Assembly (NCBI RefSeq): GCF_009914755.1 | Contig: NC_060935.1 | Length of the DNA: 64,000 bases | Source of the DNA: the human T2T-CHM13v2.0 reference genome, Homo sapiens | Direction: 5' to 3' (one strand) | Part shown: positions 37,494 to 56,803 of the stretch, in pieces | Numbering within the stretch: the stretch's first letter is position 1 | Layout: each line of letters starts with the position of its first letter | The notes under the pieces: generated by a model | Databases searched by the model: none | The model's input: the letters and a program-made list of their open reading frames with translations, nothing else | What the model was told of the DNA's origin: nothing | Made by a program: the position numbers and the translations under genes

Positions 37494-38086
37494 TCATCAC
37501 AGAGGTGTTCTCAAGCATGTCAGTTTTAGGAAAGCATAGATATGGACATTGAGGTTCTGGAAACCGGTGCCCTTAGAAGGTCTTGCCTGTGAACCCTTTG
37601 AAGAGTCTTCACTTACCCTCAGGGCTACCAACCCTCATTTGAAGACTGTGGCCTTAGAAGAACTAGCCGGCTACTGAAACCTCCAAGACCCTGCCTCCGC
37701 CCTTGCTGCCTCTCCTCCCTCCCTCCCAGAGATGGGCCTGTGATTATGTGACTGTAGGAGAATTCAAGAAACATTCCATGCCCTTCGCAGAATGACCGTC
37801 TATTTACTGGAAAGGTCAGAATATGTGATCTCAAAAGTCAGGGTCCTGGTGGTGTGGCAGAATCCTATCCGTGATTCACCCTTGACGTTCAACCTAGCAC
37901 AGTCAGCCTCCTGGCCTGTGCCCCAGTTTCTCCACCCAGATGCCCCATGTATCATTTACGCTTATTCTTTTCTACCTTTCTTAGGGGTTTCCTTCTGTTC
38001 AAATCTAAATGTCCACGAGTCTCTGATCTACAATGAGTATTATTGCTTTCATTTTTCTCTGATAGGATGACAGACCAGTCCCTTAG

Positions 38087-38432
<346 letters not shown>

Positions 38433-38670
38433 TAGGCTGAATTCCTGGAATCCAGCAAATAATGTTTCTTGTTTACCTTCCCAATCCCTCTCTTCCACCA
38501 TCTTCCCACGGCCCAGTACTGCATTCCCTCCTAATCCTCCACTGCTCCCATCTCAACTTCCATATGGCCATTTGATTCCTTCAGAGACACACCTATTAAT
38601 AATTCTCAATTGTTGTGACCTCGGCAACAGCCTTCCAGGTGTACTTTGAGGTTCCCAAGTGCAGAGTATT

Positions 38671-38846
38671 TCCAGGTTTCCTCTATCATCCCTCCAGGTC
38701 TCCTCAAGCATCCCTCCAGGTCTCCTCTAGCATCCCTCCAGGTCTCCTCTAGCATCCCTCCAGGTCTCCTCTATCATCCCTCCAGGTCTCCTCTATCATC
38801 CCTCCAGGTCTCCTCTATCATCCCTTCCGGCTTCCTCTATAATCCC
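38671..38846. repeat. Minisatellite, 8 x 22 bp (tccaggtctcctctatcatccc)
   Basis: Units counted directly. Confidence 0.95.
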
Positions 38847-39084
38847 GCAATGCCATCCCTCAGTCCTTCTAGTAAGACTTCCCTTTCCCCAGTGAGTCCT
38901 TGTTTTGTGTGCTGTTGTCATCTGGCAGTTGATTTTTACTCACACACATATTTAGAATTGTGTAACAGGGTCTGTCAATGTTTCTAAGTCTTTCTTCCCT
39001 CCTGCATGGTGTTGCTTTGCTTCCCTATCACATAACTTCTGAGAGCAGAGGCTGTTTTAAGCTATATAAGAAGCTGTCAGTGAC

Positions 39085-39208
39085 TATTTGAACAACTACT
39101 ATAATCTGAAAATATTTGAACAATTGCAGTCGTTCAAAAGGGTTTAAACAATTATGGTTGTTCAAAGTATTTAAACCATCATAGTTGTTCAAAGTATTTA
39201 AACAATAG
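39085..39208. repeat. About 4.5 x 27-28 bp tandem array of imperfect palindromes
   Basis: tttRaacaa-N6-ttgttcaaa-gta units. Confidence 0.85.
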
Positions 39209-40319
39209 CATAAGACACGGCTGTGGCCACTTAAGATCTTAAAATTTTGTTAAGAGACACACTTGCTTCCATGAAAACGAGTGAAGTTGGGTGGAGCCCA
39301 CTGCCAGCAGGAACCCATTGAGGGAAGGGTGATTGCAGCTTGGGGTGCTCTGGGGAGACTTCAGGACCAGGAGGCACGGGGCTGAGCCTTGAGGAATGAG
39401 AAAGGTGTTGCTAGTTGGAGGAGATGGGGAAGTGCGATCACCTGGAACTGGGAATTAACCTCAGTAAACATTTACCGGGCAAAAGGTGCATTGGAAGGGG
39501 TCAGGAAACTTGGCAGAGTTACTTAACCTCTCTGAGCCTCAGTTTCTGTGAGGATTGAAAGACAATGCGTGTCAATGTTGTACTCAGCACACTTCTGGAA
39601 ACAAGGTAGGTACCTGATGTACATTAACTTCCACCAAGTTAGATTATGCGTACCTGATGAATGGGGAGCTGGAAAACATTGCTCAAGACCGTTGAATACC
39701 ATGGGATCTCAGGAAATGCTTAAAGGCTGACAGAGTAAGGGATGGTGTGGGTGTGGATTTTGAAGGGAAGGGGAAGAGAACAGGCAACCTCAGCCTTCTG
39801 AATCAGCTCTGGTGGAACGCAGTAAAATCTGCAATAGAAAAATACCAACCTTAGCAGATGGTGGTCCCCAGCCCGATATACCTCAAGATGGCTGGGGGGA
39901 CTCAAGATCCTCCCAGGCCAGCCACGTAGGGGTAGTTCTGGGACTCCCTTCCACTCCAGCCTGTATCTTCAATTTCTCCTCTCTAAAGCTGTTCCTGGGG
40001 TAGCCACACATTCAGACTTGATAAGACACACAGCTCAGGCAAACAGGATGTGGCATTCAGGACTGAAGCTACGGTTGCATCTTGGTCCTGCCCAGAGCTT
40101 ATAAAGCTGGCTTCATCTCCTCTTGATCTCTGGTGGCTCTGGAGGCTTAGAGCTCTGGAAGGTCCTTGAAACACACCACCTCCCTACCTGGGAGGTTCAG
40201 GCCTCAGGGAAGAAGAGATTATCCCTCCCTCTAGATTTCAGGCATTTGTTTTGTTCTTGAGGCACAGCGGGGATAGGGGGGTTAGGATCTCCTTGAGGAG
40301 ATGGAGTTTGTCGTTCTAG

Positions 40320-40446
40320 TTTTTTTTAAGGTAGGATTTCCCTATGTTGCCCCCCAGGCTGGTTTCGAACTCCTGGGCTCAAGCTATTCCCCTGCCTCAT
40401 TCTCCCAAAGTGCTGGGATTACAGGCTTGAGCCATGATGCCTAGCC
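40320..40446 (-). mobile_element. Alu left monomer
   Basis: Single arm. Confidence 0.8.
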
Positions 40447-40479
40447 ATTGTCACTCCGTTCTTGGCAGTAGAAAGTCTT

Positions 40480-40830
40480 AGCACGAGCCGGTAGGAGACG
40501 TCCTGCCTCCTCCTTGGATTCTGAAGTCTGAACGAGGAAAAGTCATCTTGTCCCTTGGGAGCTTACAGGAACCTGGGGGACAGTCTATGAGGTTTTTGAC
40601 TAAATGACCCAAGGGGCCTTCTTTGCTGAACATTGAGGGTCTGTTGTGGGCCTCAATACTGATCAAACAAATCGGGGACACTAAGTTCAGAGGTTGGTAA
40701 GGAGCTGAGAGTGGTCTAGGGTTAGGGCCAGGGCTAGAGCTAAGTCCCTTTTTGCGTCATAAACTTCCGTCACTGTTGCTCAAGGCTGGGTCCCAGCAGT
40801 GACGGAGCACTGAGGGGAGCTGGGAGCACA
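40480..40830. promoter_or_regulatory. Candidate promoter or enhancer patch (EBF, ETS and CRE/CEBP-like motifs)
   Basis: TCCCTTGGGA at 40551-40560; TTGCGTCA at 40752-40759; ACTTCCG at 40763-40769; locally retained CpGs. Motif evidence only. Confidence 0.3.
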
Positions 40831-40975
40831 CTAGGGCAGGGACTCTGGGGCCCTTCCAGGAAGCTCTCTAGGCTTCACCCACTGGGGACTCATCGGAGGA
40901 GGCACTAGGGGCCTTGTTAATGGAATGGGTAGTTTATATTAGCAATTAAAAAATATGATATTTAAAAAAAAATGC

Positions 40976-41300
<325 letters not shown>

Positions 41301-42064
41301 GATGATATTTCCAGAAATGAAGCTAACTTCTAAGCACAGGAAATGCTGATGGGCATAAGGAGGAGCCAAGGGATTTGTTACCAGGAGCGAACACACAGAC
41401 TGATCATCTCCCAGTTGTTGCTTCTCTCCTCCTTTCCTCCCTCTCTGACAGCGCTTTGTGGTGGGAGGGTGGGTTCCTCCTTACGCTTGTGTCAGCTGAC
41501 TCCGCTGTCCTGAGACTGCGTCTCGAGGAGCTCAGCTGAGGCTACTGGAGTGCTGGTGGTTGTGGTTCTGTGAATAATGGATTGTTCCAGCTAAAGGGAA
41601 TTACACAGTATCCAGTCCGGCGGGCTCTCAGCTGAGATGTGACGGTACAGCAGTGCCTGAGGCAGGATTGGAGTCCCGAACATGGGAAGACCAAGAACAT
41701 GCTTGGGGCACCAGCAAAGTAGACGCATCAAAAAAAAAAAAAAAAAAAAAAAAAGACTCATTTGGACATTTTTTTAAAAAGCACCAGGAAATGATAGAAC
41801 GTTGGAATTTGCTTTAAAATAATCTGGCTGGGAAGAGTGGAAAGATAAAGCAAGAACTGATTATAAAATGATAAATGTTGAGGCTGAGTGATAGGTACAT
41901 GGAAGTCAGTTTATTATACTGTCTGCTTTGGTATATATTTGAACCTTTTAATGGTAATTTTTAAAAACATCGAAGCATCATAGAAAAATTAAAACTTTGT
42001 TGCAATTCCTTATACTGAAGTTTTTTTTCAGTTTGGAACTGGGTTAAAGAAAATTCCTAAGTGA

Positions 42065-42488
<424 letters not shown>

Positions 42489-42739
42489 TCAATGAGAAGT
42501 GACTTACCCAGGGTCATACAACTAATTAGTTCTAGACTCAAAATTGTAACCCGTGTCTCTTGGATTCCAGTCTACAAATCTTTATGTGGTCCCATCATCC
42601 TGTCAAAGAGTGCCTGGTCAATAATTTGGCATAAATGAATGCACAGAGCTTTTTGTCTTGCCCTAACAAGAAGCTTCAGTACTTTGTTACTTTGATTTTT
42701 TTGGGTAATTTTTTTTTAATTGAAAACACAAAGATTTAG

Positions 42740-43555
<816 letters not shown>

Positions 43556-44337
43556 TTACATAAATATTTAATCAGATAACACACTACAGGTCATTGAAAT
43601 CCCTATGTATTCTACCCGAGTCCTATGCCTCTCCCTTGCTAGAGAGACAACCATTATCATAAATTTGGCTTGTATCCTTCAGTGCAGGAAAGCATAATTT
43701 TCAAAAAAATTAAAACAATAAGATATTGGATTGGATATTCAAGTGGTTCTTGTCCTATATGCAATAAACTGTAAACTTTGGGGCTATCTTTTCTATAAGA
43801 CAGAAATTATTTGCATCTCTACTGAACAAGAATGTGTAAGTTAACATGTAATTTCACTAAATTTGAGACTTTTAGTCAATAGGAAGCAGTGAGTCAAATC
43901 AAGTATATTCTCCTGAATTACCCTTGGTGGACCTATTAAATCTATTAAATAATGTCCCCATATGATATTGAAAGGACATCCCACACCTTTTCCCATTATT
44001 TCCACGTTTAGAATAATTTTTTTTAGCAAGTCTATATTTTACTACTGATGTGAATCTATAAGTAATAATAATAATCATGAGCATTTATTGGTGCCAGCAC
44101 TCTTTTAAGGCAAAGGTACATATTAAGTCCATTTAGTCCCTCGACACCAACATTAGGTCCAATTATTATTCTTATTTTACAGATGGAAAACAGACACAGA
44201 GAAGTAAATTCCACAGTTATATACAGTTAGAAAGTGGAAGAACTATGATTTAATCCCAGAGTTTACATATTAGTTTGCCATTTGCTGTTTTGCTCTCAAC
44301 ATAATATTTTGAAGAACTCTTCAGGATGTTAATATAG

Positions 44338-44481
<144 letters not shown>

Positions 44482-44644
44482 TAGTTATAGTTCATCATTC
44501 ATTTTAACTATAATTTTACCATAGAGTGTTCCACTGTATATAGTATGTATCTGGTTACATACAACGTGTGTGAACCGTCACTTTATGTTAAATGAAGTAA
44601 ACCAGACTCAAAAGGACAACTGTTGCATGATCTCACTTATACAA

Positions 44645-45327
<683 letters not shown>

Positions 45328-45794
45328 AGATAACTAGAATAGGCAAATTCATAGATACAGAAAGTAGACTAGGGGCTGGGGGAAGAAGGGAGGGAATGGG
45401 AAGTTGTTAATAGGTACAGAGTTTCTGTCTGAGATGATGAAAGATTCTGAAAAGGGACAGTGTTGATGCTTGCACAATATTGTGAATGCACTTAAATTGT
45501 ATATGTACAATCTATATTGTATGCAATATACTTAGATTGTAAATTGTATATTTGAATGGTTAAAATGATAAACTCTATGTTAAAAAGAGAGGATGTGATG
45601 GTTCCTGACTTCCAGGCTTGCTGTAAGAGTTAAATGATAGACTACTTGTGAGAGAACAGGAACACATTGCAGATACTCAGTAAATTGTAGCTGCTGCTAG
45701 TTTCTTCCTCCTCTTCTCCCTCGTTTCCTTAGAAAAAGTCAAAAGAGCATGGCTTTTCTTTTGATCTGTATTAATTTCTGAGTTCAGAGTCTGA

Positions 45795-46241
<447 letters not shown>

Positions 46242-47391
46242 TAGAAAGCTCCAGTTTTTCTTAGTGTTAGCCTCCACAAGCACTTAGAAGGAAAATCTGC
46301 TGTCAAAACACATTACCTTGTGGGTTTCTGAGACTGAGTTATGTTTGGGGTATCTGTGCAACTGCTGTCTTCCCATGGATGCTGATAACCAAGTGCTGAC
46401 TGTGAAGGACAAATACAGACATAGAAATGGAGGTGAATGTGTGGACTTTGTTGATTGTTTAAACAGCATAAGCCCAAAGAAGCCAATTTATATGGAAGTG
46501 AGAGTAGGTGGGAGAGAGCCCAAGGAGGCCGAAAGAGCATGGCTTTTGCAATTAAACAGGTAAAGACAATCTGGCTTCATCACATTTACCTCGGTTACAA
46601 TTAGCCTAAGGTTTCTGTTTGCAAAATGAGCGTAAAATACCACAAAGTGTGGTTGTAAAGATTCACCTGAGAGGCATGTCAGTTTGTAAAGCATGGGTTA
46701 AGTCTAATTGCCTTCCTTCTCTATTTTGGAATAGAATGAATTAATTAAGCAGGTGTTTTCTCATGGACCCACAAAATGTAAAGTAGAGGAGAGGAAGGAC
46801 CAATATTTCCCAATAGATAAAGAGAGAAAAAAGAATAGAGTATGTGCGAGGATGGCAAACTTTGTGTAAGGTGAGAAGAGAATAGGGCTTAGGTTTTAGT
46901 AGGAGCTTAAAAGAATAACTTGCTGAATTAATGGAATATTTGTTAGATGGGTCTATTACATTTGTCCAGCTACAAGTGACAGAAAACTCAAGCAAGGTGA
47001 CTTAAGCTGTAAGAATATTTATTCTTTGTTTACAAGAAGTTTTGCAGTGGTCTTGTCAGGAAATGTCTTCTGCAGAAGCCAAGAACCAGCTGGCTGATTT
47101 CTCCTAAAGCTCATTGGCCAGATGTATATCATATGATCACTTCTAGCCACAAAGGGCCTGGGAAAGAGCAATTGGCTTATCAAGCCTCTATAGTTTGATG
47201 CAGTCAAGAGAGAAAGGGTGGACATTTTTGTTGAGTCTGTAACAGTGGGCTTAGATTGGTAAGAAAGACAAGCATGGTTACTTAATCTACTGATACCAGG
47301 TGAGGCTCAGAAAAATGTGCCCTGGATGAATTTGGTGTCTACATGTAAACTGCTGTCACTGTGAAGGAAAAACAAAAACTTCCTCTTATCT

Positions 47392-47700
47392 GACTGGGCG
47401 TGGTGACTCACACCTGTAATCCCAGCACTTTGGGAGGCTGAGGCAGGTGGATCACTTGAGACCAGGAGTTCAAGACCTACCTGGCCAATATGGAGAAACC
47501 CTGTCTTTACTAAAAATACAAAAATTAGCCGGGGGTGGTGGTGCATGCCTGTAATCCCTGCTACTCAGGAGGCTGAAGCATGAGAATCGCTTGAACCCAG
47601 GAGGCGGAAGCTGCAGTGAGCTGAGATCGCACCACTGCCCTCCATAGTCCAGCCTGGGCAACAGTGAGACTCTGCCTACATAAATAATAAATAAATAAAC
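47392..47700 (+). mobile_element. AluS
   Basis: Alu consensus. Confidence 0.9.
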
Positions 47701-48450
47701 AAACTTTCTCTTACCTTACCTTGAATATCCTCTCTGTAGCACATGTTCAAATCCTACCTACATATACCTACTGTTTGCTTATTCATGCTTATATGCAGGT
47801 ATTTTATGCATTAATTAATGTGATAGATATTAATTAAATGCCTACCATGTGCAAGGAGCTGCCCTAGGTCCTTTGACTATCATGGTTTTTATTATCAAGG
47901 AGGTTACAGTCTGGTAGAAGAGATATTACTGTACTTCAATGATTATATAATGAACAGCACAAAGGTTTAAGTGCCCTAAAAGAAGTGCTTAGAAGTGCTG
48001 TGAAAGGTTCTATGAATGCAGAAATTACTTCTGGCTGGTTTAATCAGGAAAGATTTTTTGGGGGGTGGTGTAGGGAGGTAGGGTTTGCATTGATACAGGT
48101 TAAAGAGAGGTGGAGAGGAAAAGTGGTCACCGCGAGATGAAACAGTAGGAATAGGCTGAGAGGGGGAAGTGCTGGGCTTGCCAAGCAATTCTGATCTCTG
48201 GTTCCTCCCTTTAGTGACTTCCTGTCTTGCTTTTTGGTGGGGCCACACTTACGTCAATAATTACATACTTTTCATTTATGTGTGTGTATATCCTTTTCCC
48301 TCCTAACCAGACTGTAGCATCCACACAGCTGCCCATAACAGGTTCTCAATAAATATCTGATGAGTTCCTTGTTAATATTAATTACTATTCTTTAAGATTT
48401 ATATAGTGACCATTTCCAAGAAGACTTGATATCTTTTGCAAATAAAAGCT

Positions 48451-49030
48451 TGTAGTGAATGTGTGTTGGGATGCCTGCCTGTCCATAGCCCCTTTCTCTG
48501 GGAACTGCTCTTTCATTTCAGTTTGAGATATAGTCTAGGCTGCCACTTAGGTATAGTCTAGAGTACCATGTCATGGCTCCCTCTCTGGGCATGGCTTATT
48601 GGACCAGGAATGGACATCTCCAAACTGGTCTCTCCCAGGAATCTGGGGAACAAATGTGCTTGTGGTGGCTAAACTCAGAAGCCCATTTCAATCAGGCTAG
48701 GGGCTGGCACCATGGCAACCAGAACCATGTGTAAGCTGCATTAGTGGGGAGCAGAAACCATGGCTAAGCAGAGGGGGCCACACTGCAGTGAAGAGATGGG
48801 GAAAGGCATACAAGAAGAAGCAGAGATACAACATCATTCACCTCCAGTAAGAGGGAGATGCATGGAGGCTCCATCCCTGACAGCCTCCCACATACAAGCC
48901 AGATCCAAGTCCTAAGGAAGCCTGATGTGTTTAGCATCTGAAAGATTGTGCTGCCTTTGCAGTACACCTCCTCTTTATTTGAGCTCAACTTGAATAGTTT
49001 TCTGTTTCTTACATACAAAAAATCCTTGGA
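48451..49030 (+). mobile_element. Old ERVL LTR (LTR16-like)
   Basis: tgtagtgaat start and ttatttgagctc..ttttctgtttcttac end; highly diverged. Confidence 0.45.
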
Positions 49031-49196
49031 TAGAGCAAAGTGCAGCACAAAATAGGACATTAATAGGTAACAAACCTGGAATCATTTACAAGAGTGGCTC
49101 TCTCCTTTCACCTCAAAGCAGTATATTCTGTAAACTTCATATACTGAAATATTGTGGCTGCCTCCGAAAACACTTATTAATGTAATGCAGCTCCCA

Positions 49197-49495
<299 letters not shown>

Positions 49496-49569
49496 AGTTC
49501 TCATTTTTATAAATTAAAGACTAACTACCAACCAGGTTTTGAATAAAAATTAAAAAATTAGAATTACTA

Positions 49570-49867
<298 letters not shown>

Positions 49868-50577
49868 TTAGAATTACTGCATAGAGTTTATGTTATTCCA
49901 ACTATAAACAGCAACACTTGATGTTTTTAATTAGCCTGTGTTGCTTTACTAAAGTGTCACTTTCATCAGCTTTTGGAGATATTAATATTAGATCTAAGAT
50001 ACCTCTCTTGTGATCTTTATGGATCTCCAGAAGTTCCAAAATTCCAGGTTGGGAGACATCAATATAGATGAAGTAGGAATAGGTACTTGGTGAGAGCTGA
50101 TTACAAGGGACTCTAGGAACTCACCGAATTAACCTTGAAGATTTTTCAGAAAGAAAACTTGCAATTTTGCTGAGCTATGAATTTCAACCATCTGCACTGC
50201 CCCACTGGTGTTTGCAATGAGTCACTTTCCTAGTGAGTCCATTTAGCAGAACCCCTAGCATTTGCATATCAGTGTGCCTTTGTTGACTATGCATTTTATA
50301 GGGAAATTATATGCTATAGTGGCATTTGCAAGATTGGGGATTGGGTAAATTCTCAGAAATATCACTCAATAATATGCAAAGTCTAGCCTAGTGCAGTGTT
50401 TTCCAAAAGTCAGTCATATTTTTTGCCAATTTTCATTCTAGTTGTAATATTTACTTAATATTTAAAAAATCCAACTTATTTAAAAATAAACTAAGTCTAG
50501 ACCTGCCAATTTCATTAAAGTCCATGGATGTAATGCAACAGTTGTATCTTTAATGCATACTAAAATAAATGTATAAC

Positions 50578-51241
<664 letters not shown>

Positions 51242-52572
51242 ATAACTATTGAAATACATTTGTTAACTTGTGTTTCACCTAAAATCCTGTTGTCCACACT
51301 TTGGCCTTGGAAATCACTTAAACCAGGTATAAATCCTGGTTCTGATATTTATTGGTGGTATAGTGTTGGATAAGCTACATAATATCTGTGATTGCCAGGT
51401 TCCTCATCTATGTAAAGAGGAGTTGAAAATTCCTACCTCACAAGGAATGTTGTGAGAATCAAACAAGAAATAGCATGCACAGTATGTAGATCAGCATAGT
51501 GCCTGGCACCTAGTTAGCTCCCAGTGAATGATAGCTTATACTGATTATGGGTTGCAATTTAGATTCACTAAAATTGCCAAATGTAGTTTTGTCTTCCAGG
51601 AAACAAAGACAAAAAAATCAACCCATTTGATTGCATCCTAGTAGAATAGATTTTCCTTGGGTTGCTAAATGCAGGCATCTCCAAGGAGATGACAGTAATT
51701 CATTCAGGCAGCCTGCTGAGGATGGTAAAGGGCAGTGGAGATGGCCATTGGAAAGAATAGGGAAAAGGTGAATCAGAAGTAGAGTTGGAAGAAGATATCA
51801 CATAACAGACTCAGAGTGGCCAAAGGGGGAAAGTGCTGTCCAGTCACAAGGGTGCTGAAATAGCACAGTGCTGCAGACAAAGTTGCAAGTAATTTTATCT
51901 CAACATGTCTGTGCTTCCTAACAATATCTCAGGTACACCTCCTCTTCTCCACCCTTCTCACAGTCTGTCACCTCAACCTTCCACCTACATCTACCCTCTC
52001 ACTCAAATCTCCACGTCCCACCCCATCTTCCCTTCCAGCTGGCTGATTGCTGACCTTCCTGCAAATGATGCTTGCTGCTGCCAACACATGCTTCATTCCT
52101 AGGAAGGTTCTGCGTGTAGGAAGTAGCTGGAATGAGGCTTTCAGGGTTGATGACTTCACATTTCCTACTTCAGTCGTAAATAGCCCCTAGTGTTAATGGG
52201 GCTGGGTCACAGCCTCCAGGACTGTAATGCTGAGGATGACAGCTTTCAGAAACATGGTTATAGCTGCCTCCTACTCTGTATAAAAAATATCAGTCTTATC
52301 TCCCATGTCTGTCAGCGTAGGTTTCCCCTGTGCTCCATCCAGTCAGACCCTTGCATGTAACACACTGCTCTAATTCCTGTCTTCTTCTTGTTCCTCCCCG
52401 TCAAGATTTATCTTTCCCATATTTAAATGTCTAATTTAAACTTCCTTTGCTCCAGACCACCCTAACTGAAAGTAGTATTTCTTTCTTCTGAAATCCTACA
52501 GCATTTTCACACTGGATATGCCACTTAGCTCTTGGTAATAAACTGCCTTAAGCTCATTTTGAAAATTACTAA

Positions 52573-53023
<451 letters not shown>

Positions 53024-53288
53024 TAAATATGTGGCTGAAGTAATAACCAATAAATAACTGGCTGAAGGAAATGACTTCGGGAGAAATGAAAGGAACCAAC
53101 AAGTGAATTGAAAGTTGACTGATGGTGTCTCAGGAAGGGTACAGGATAAGAGAATCTGATAGGTTGTTATTTTTTCCCAGATTAGGCTCCAAATGAAAGA
53201 TTGGGGATTAGAGATGGGAGGGATAACCAAACATTGGTTGGTGCTGGTGCAAGAGAAGGCTACAAGAGGACTTAGACTTAGGTCTCAG

Positions 53289-53580
<292 letters not shown>

Positions 53581-53995
53581 TTAGGCTTAGGGGCAGCTAG
53601 GCCTAAAATTTGAGAGTTTGAGAGGATTCAATTCAATCTAATCTGATTAAACTTTATAGAAATGTAGGATCACAGGGCTTCAAGTGACATTGAGGACCAC
53701 TCTAAAAGGCATTGACTAATGCATGATTCACCTTTTTCAACAACCTTCATAGGTGGGCATCAAGTCTCTGCTCAGACACCTTTAATACTAGAGAATTTAC
53801 TAGCTACAAAGAAAATAAATTCTATGAAATTTTCTCAGTTCAAAAATTAAACAAATTTTATAACCTAATATGTACAGAGCATTGTGTTAGGTGCACCTGC
53901 CAAGAAGACACAGATAACCTATGGTTTCTGTATCTCTGTGGATCCTAAAAAATCATGGGGACTTTCTCGCAACTTTGTGTTGGGCACAGCCCTAC

Positions 53996-54494
<499 letters not shown>

Positions 54495-55406
54495 TGAAAA
54501 TACTGATGGCAAAGGAAATTATTACTCTCTAGGAACCTATGTAAAAGCTGGATGAAAACTTAAAGACTATGTATCCAACTCTGTCATGTGAGAGGAGGTA
54601 CAAAGGGCCAGAATGGGGAAACATTTCAGCCAAGATCAAATACATAGTGAGGGTGCATGAGGTTAGCAGTCAATAACTTCGCACAGTAGACTCCAGGAGA
54701 ATATTCCCAATGTCCCACATCCAAGTATTTAAAATAAAAAGGCCCTAAAATTTTGAGCTGGCGTGGATGTCACATTTACATCTCATTTGCATACACCCCC
54801 AGCAACCCCCAGCAATGTCTTCTCAGTTACTTCTCAAGTGAGAATGTATCATTGCTTCCCTTGTTTGTCATTTTTAGTTTTTCATTTCTCTCTTCCTCTT
54901 CACCACTCACAGTCCTTGGCCCAGATCCCCTGCAGCATGAAAGGGAAAAAAAAGTATTCACAGAACATTAAAATTAAACTTCAGGCAACTGTGTTTCTCT
55001 CACCATCTGGCTCCTGTTAAAACAGCCACTCCTCAAAGGCAGGGGCTCTTGGCCTCAATGTACCATCCAGTGCCCAGAAAATGGAAATGCTTGGCAAATA
55101 AGGCCCAGGTTGCAGAGGCCGACATAGGCAGAGCCACCGGAGATGTTTTTTGAATGCCAACTTGGGACACATGGTCTGACAGAATTTTAATGCAAGACTA
55201 GACATTACCTGAGGGCACAGACTTTCTTAATTATCACACTATATCTCCTGCGCTTAGTCCAGCAGACATAGTGGGCCCTCCATACATACTTGTTCGAAGC
55301 ATGAATGTATGAAGTTGTATGAAAACTTTTATACCTTTATGTAAGGGTACAAAAGTCAAACATCTACTGGGAAAGCACTACATGATGTCTAAAAAGTGAT
55401 AGCAGA

Positions 55407-55743
<337 letters not shown>

Positions 55744-55778
55744 TCATGTTTACAACAAACGTTACCAGCCCTAGGTTA

Positions 55779-56170
<392 letters not shown>

Positions 56171-56622
56171 TTAAAACATAATAATTGCACATATTTATGG
56201 TGTACAATGCAATATTTTGATACATGTATACATTGTATAATTATCAAATCAGAGTAATTAGGACATACATCATCTTAAACATTTATTATTTCTTTGTGGT
56301 GAGAGCATTCAAACTGTTCTAGCTATTTTGAAATATATAATACATTATTGCTAATGGTAATTACTCTGTATGTAATAGAGTATCAAATTGTGACTCTTAT
56401 CAAATTGTGACTGTTGACCAACCTCTCCCTATTCCTCCCCTTCTGTTACCCTTTCCAGTCTCTGGTAACCACTGTTCTACTCTCTACTTCTATGAGAACA
56501 ACTTTTCAAAATTCCTCATGTGAGAACATGCTGTATTTGTCTTTCTGTGTCAGGTTTATTTCACTTAACATGATGTCCTCTCAATGTTGTCACAAATGAC
56601 AGGACTTTTTAATAGATTCCAT

Positions 56623-56803
56623 TGTGTGTGTGTGTGTGTATATATATACGTATATATATGTATATGTGTATATATATATACGTATATATGTATATGTGTA
56701 TATACGTATATGTATATGTATATATACGTATATATGTGTATATATACGTATATATGTATATATGTATATGTGTGTGTGTGTATATATATACACATATATA
56801 TAT
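56623..56803. repeat. Compound (TG)/(TA)/TACG microsatellite, about 180 bp of strict purine-pyrimidine alternation
   Basis: Seen directly. Confidence 0.95.

Noticed and set aside
38646-38987. Repetitive 113-aa ORF; CRISPR-like appearance
   Set aside because: It is the product of a spacerless 22-bp minisatellite in mammalian DNA. There are no unique spacers or cas genes.
40716-40735. Telomere-like tagggttagggccaggg
   Set aside because: Only one exact TTAGGG and three GGG runs; not an interstitial telomere or a canonical G4.
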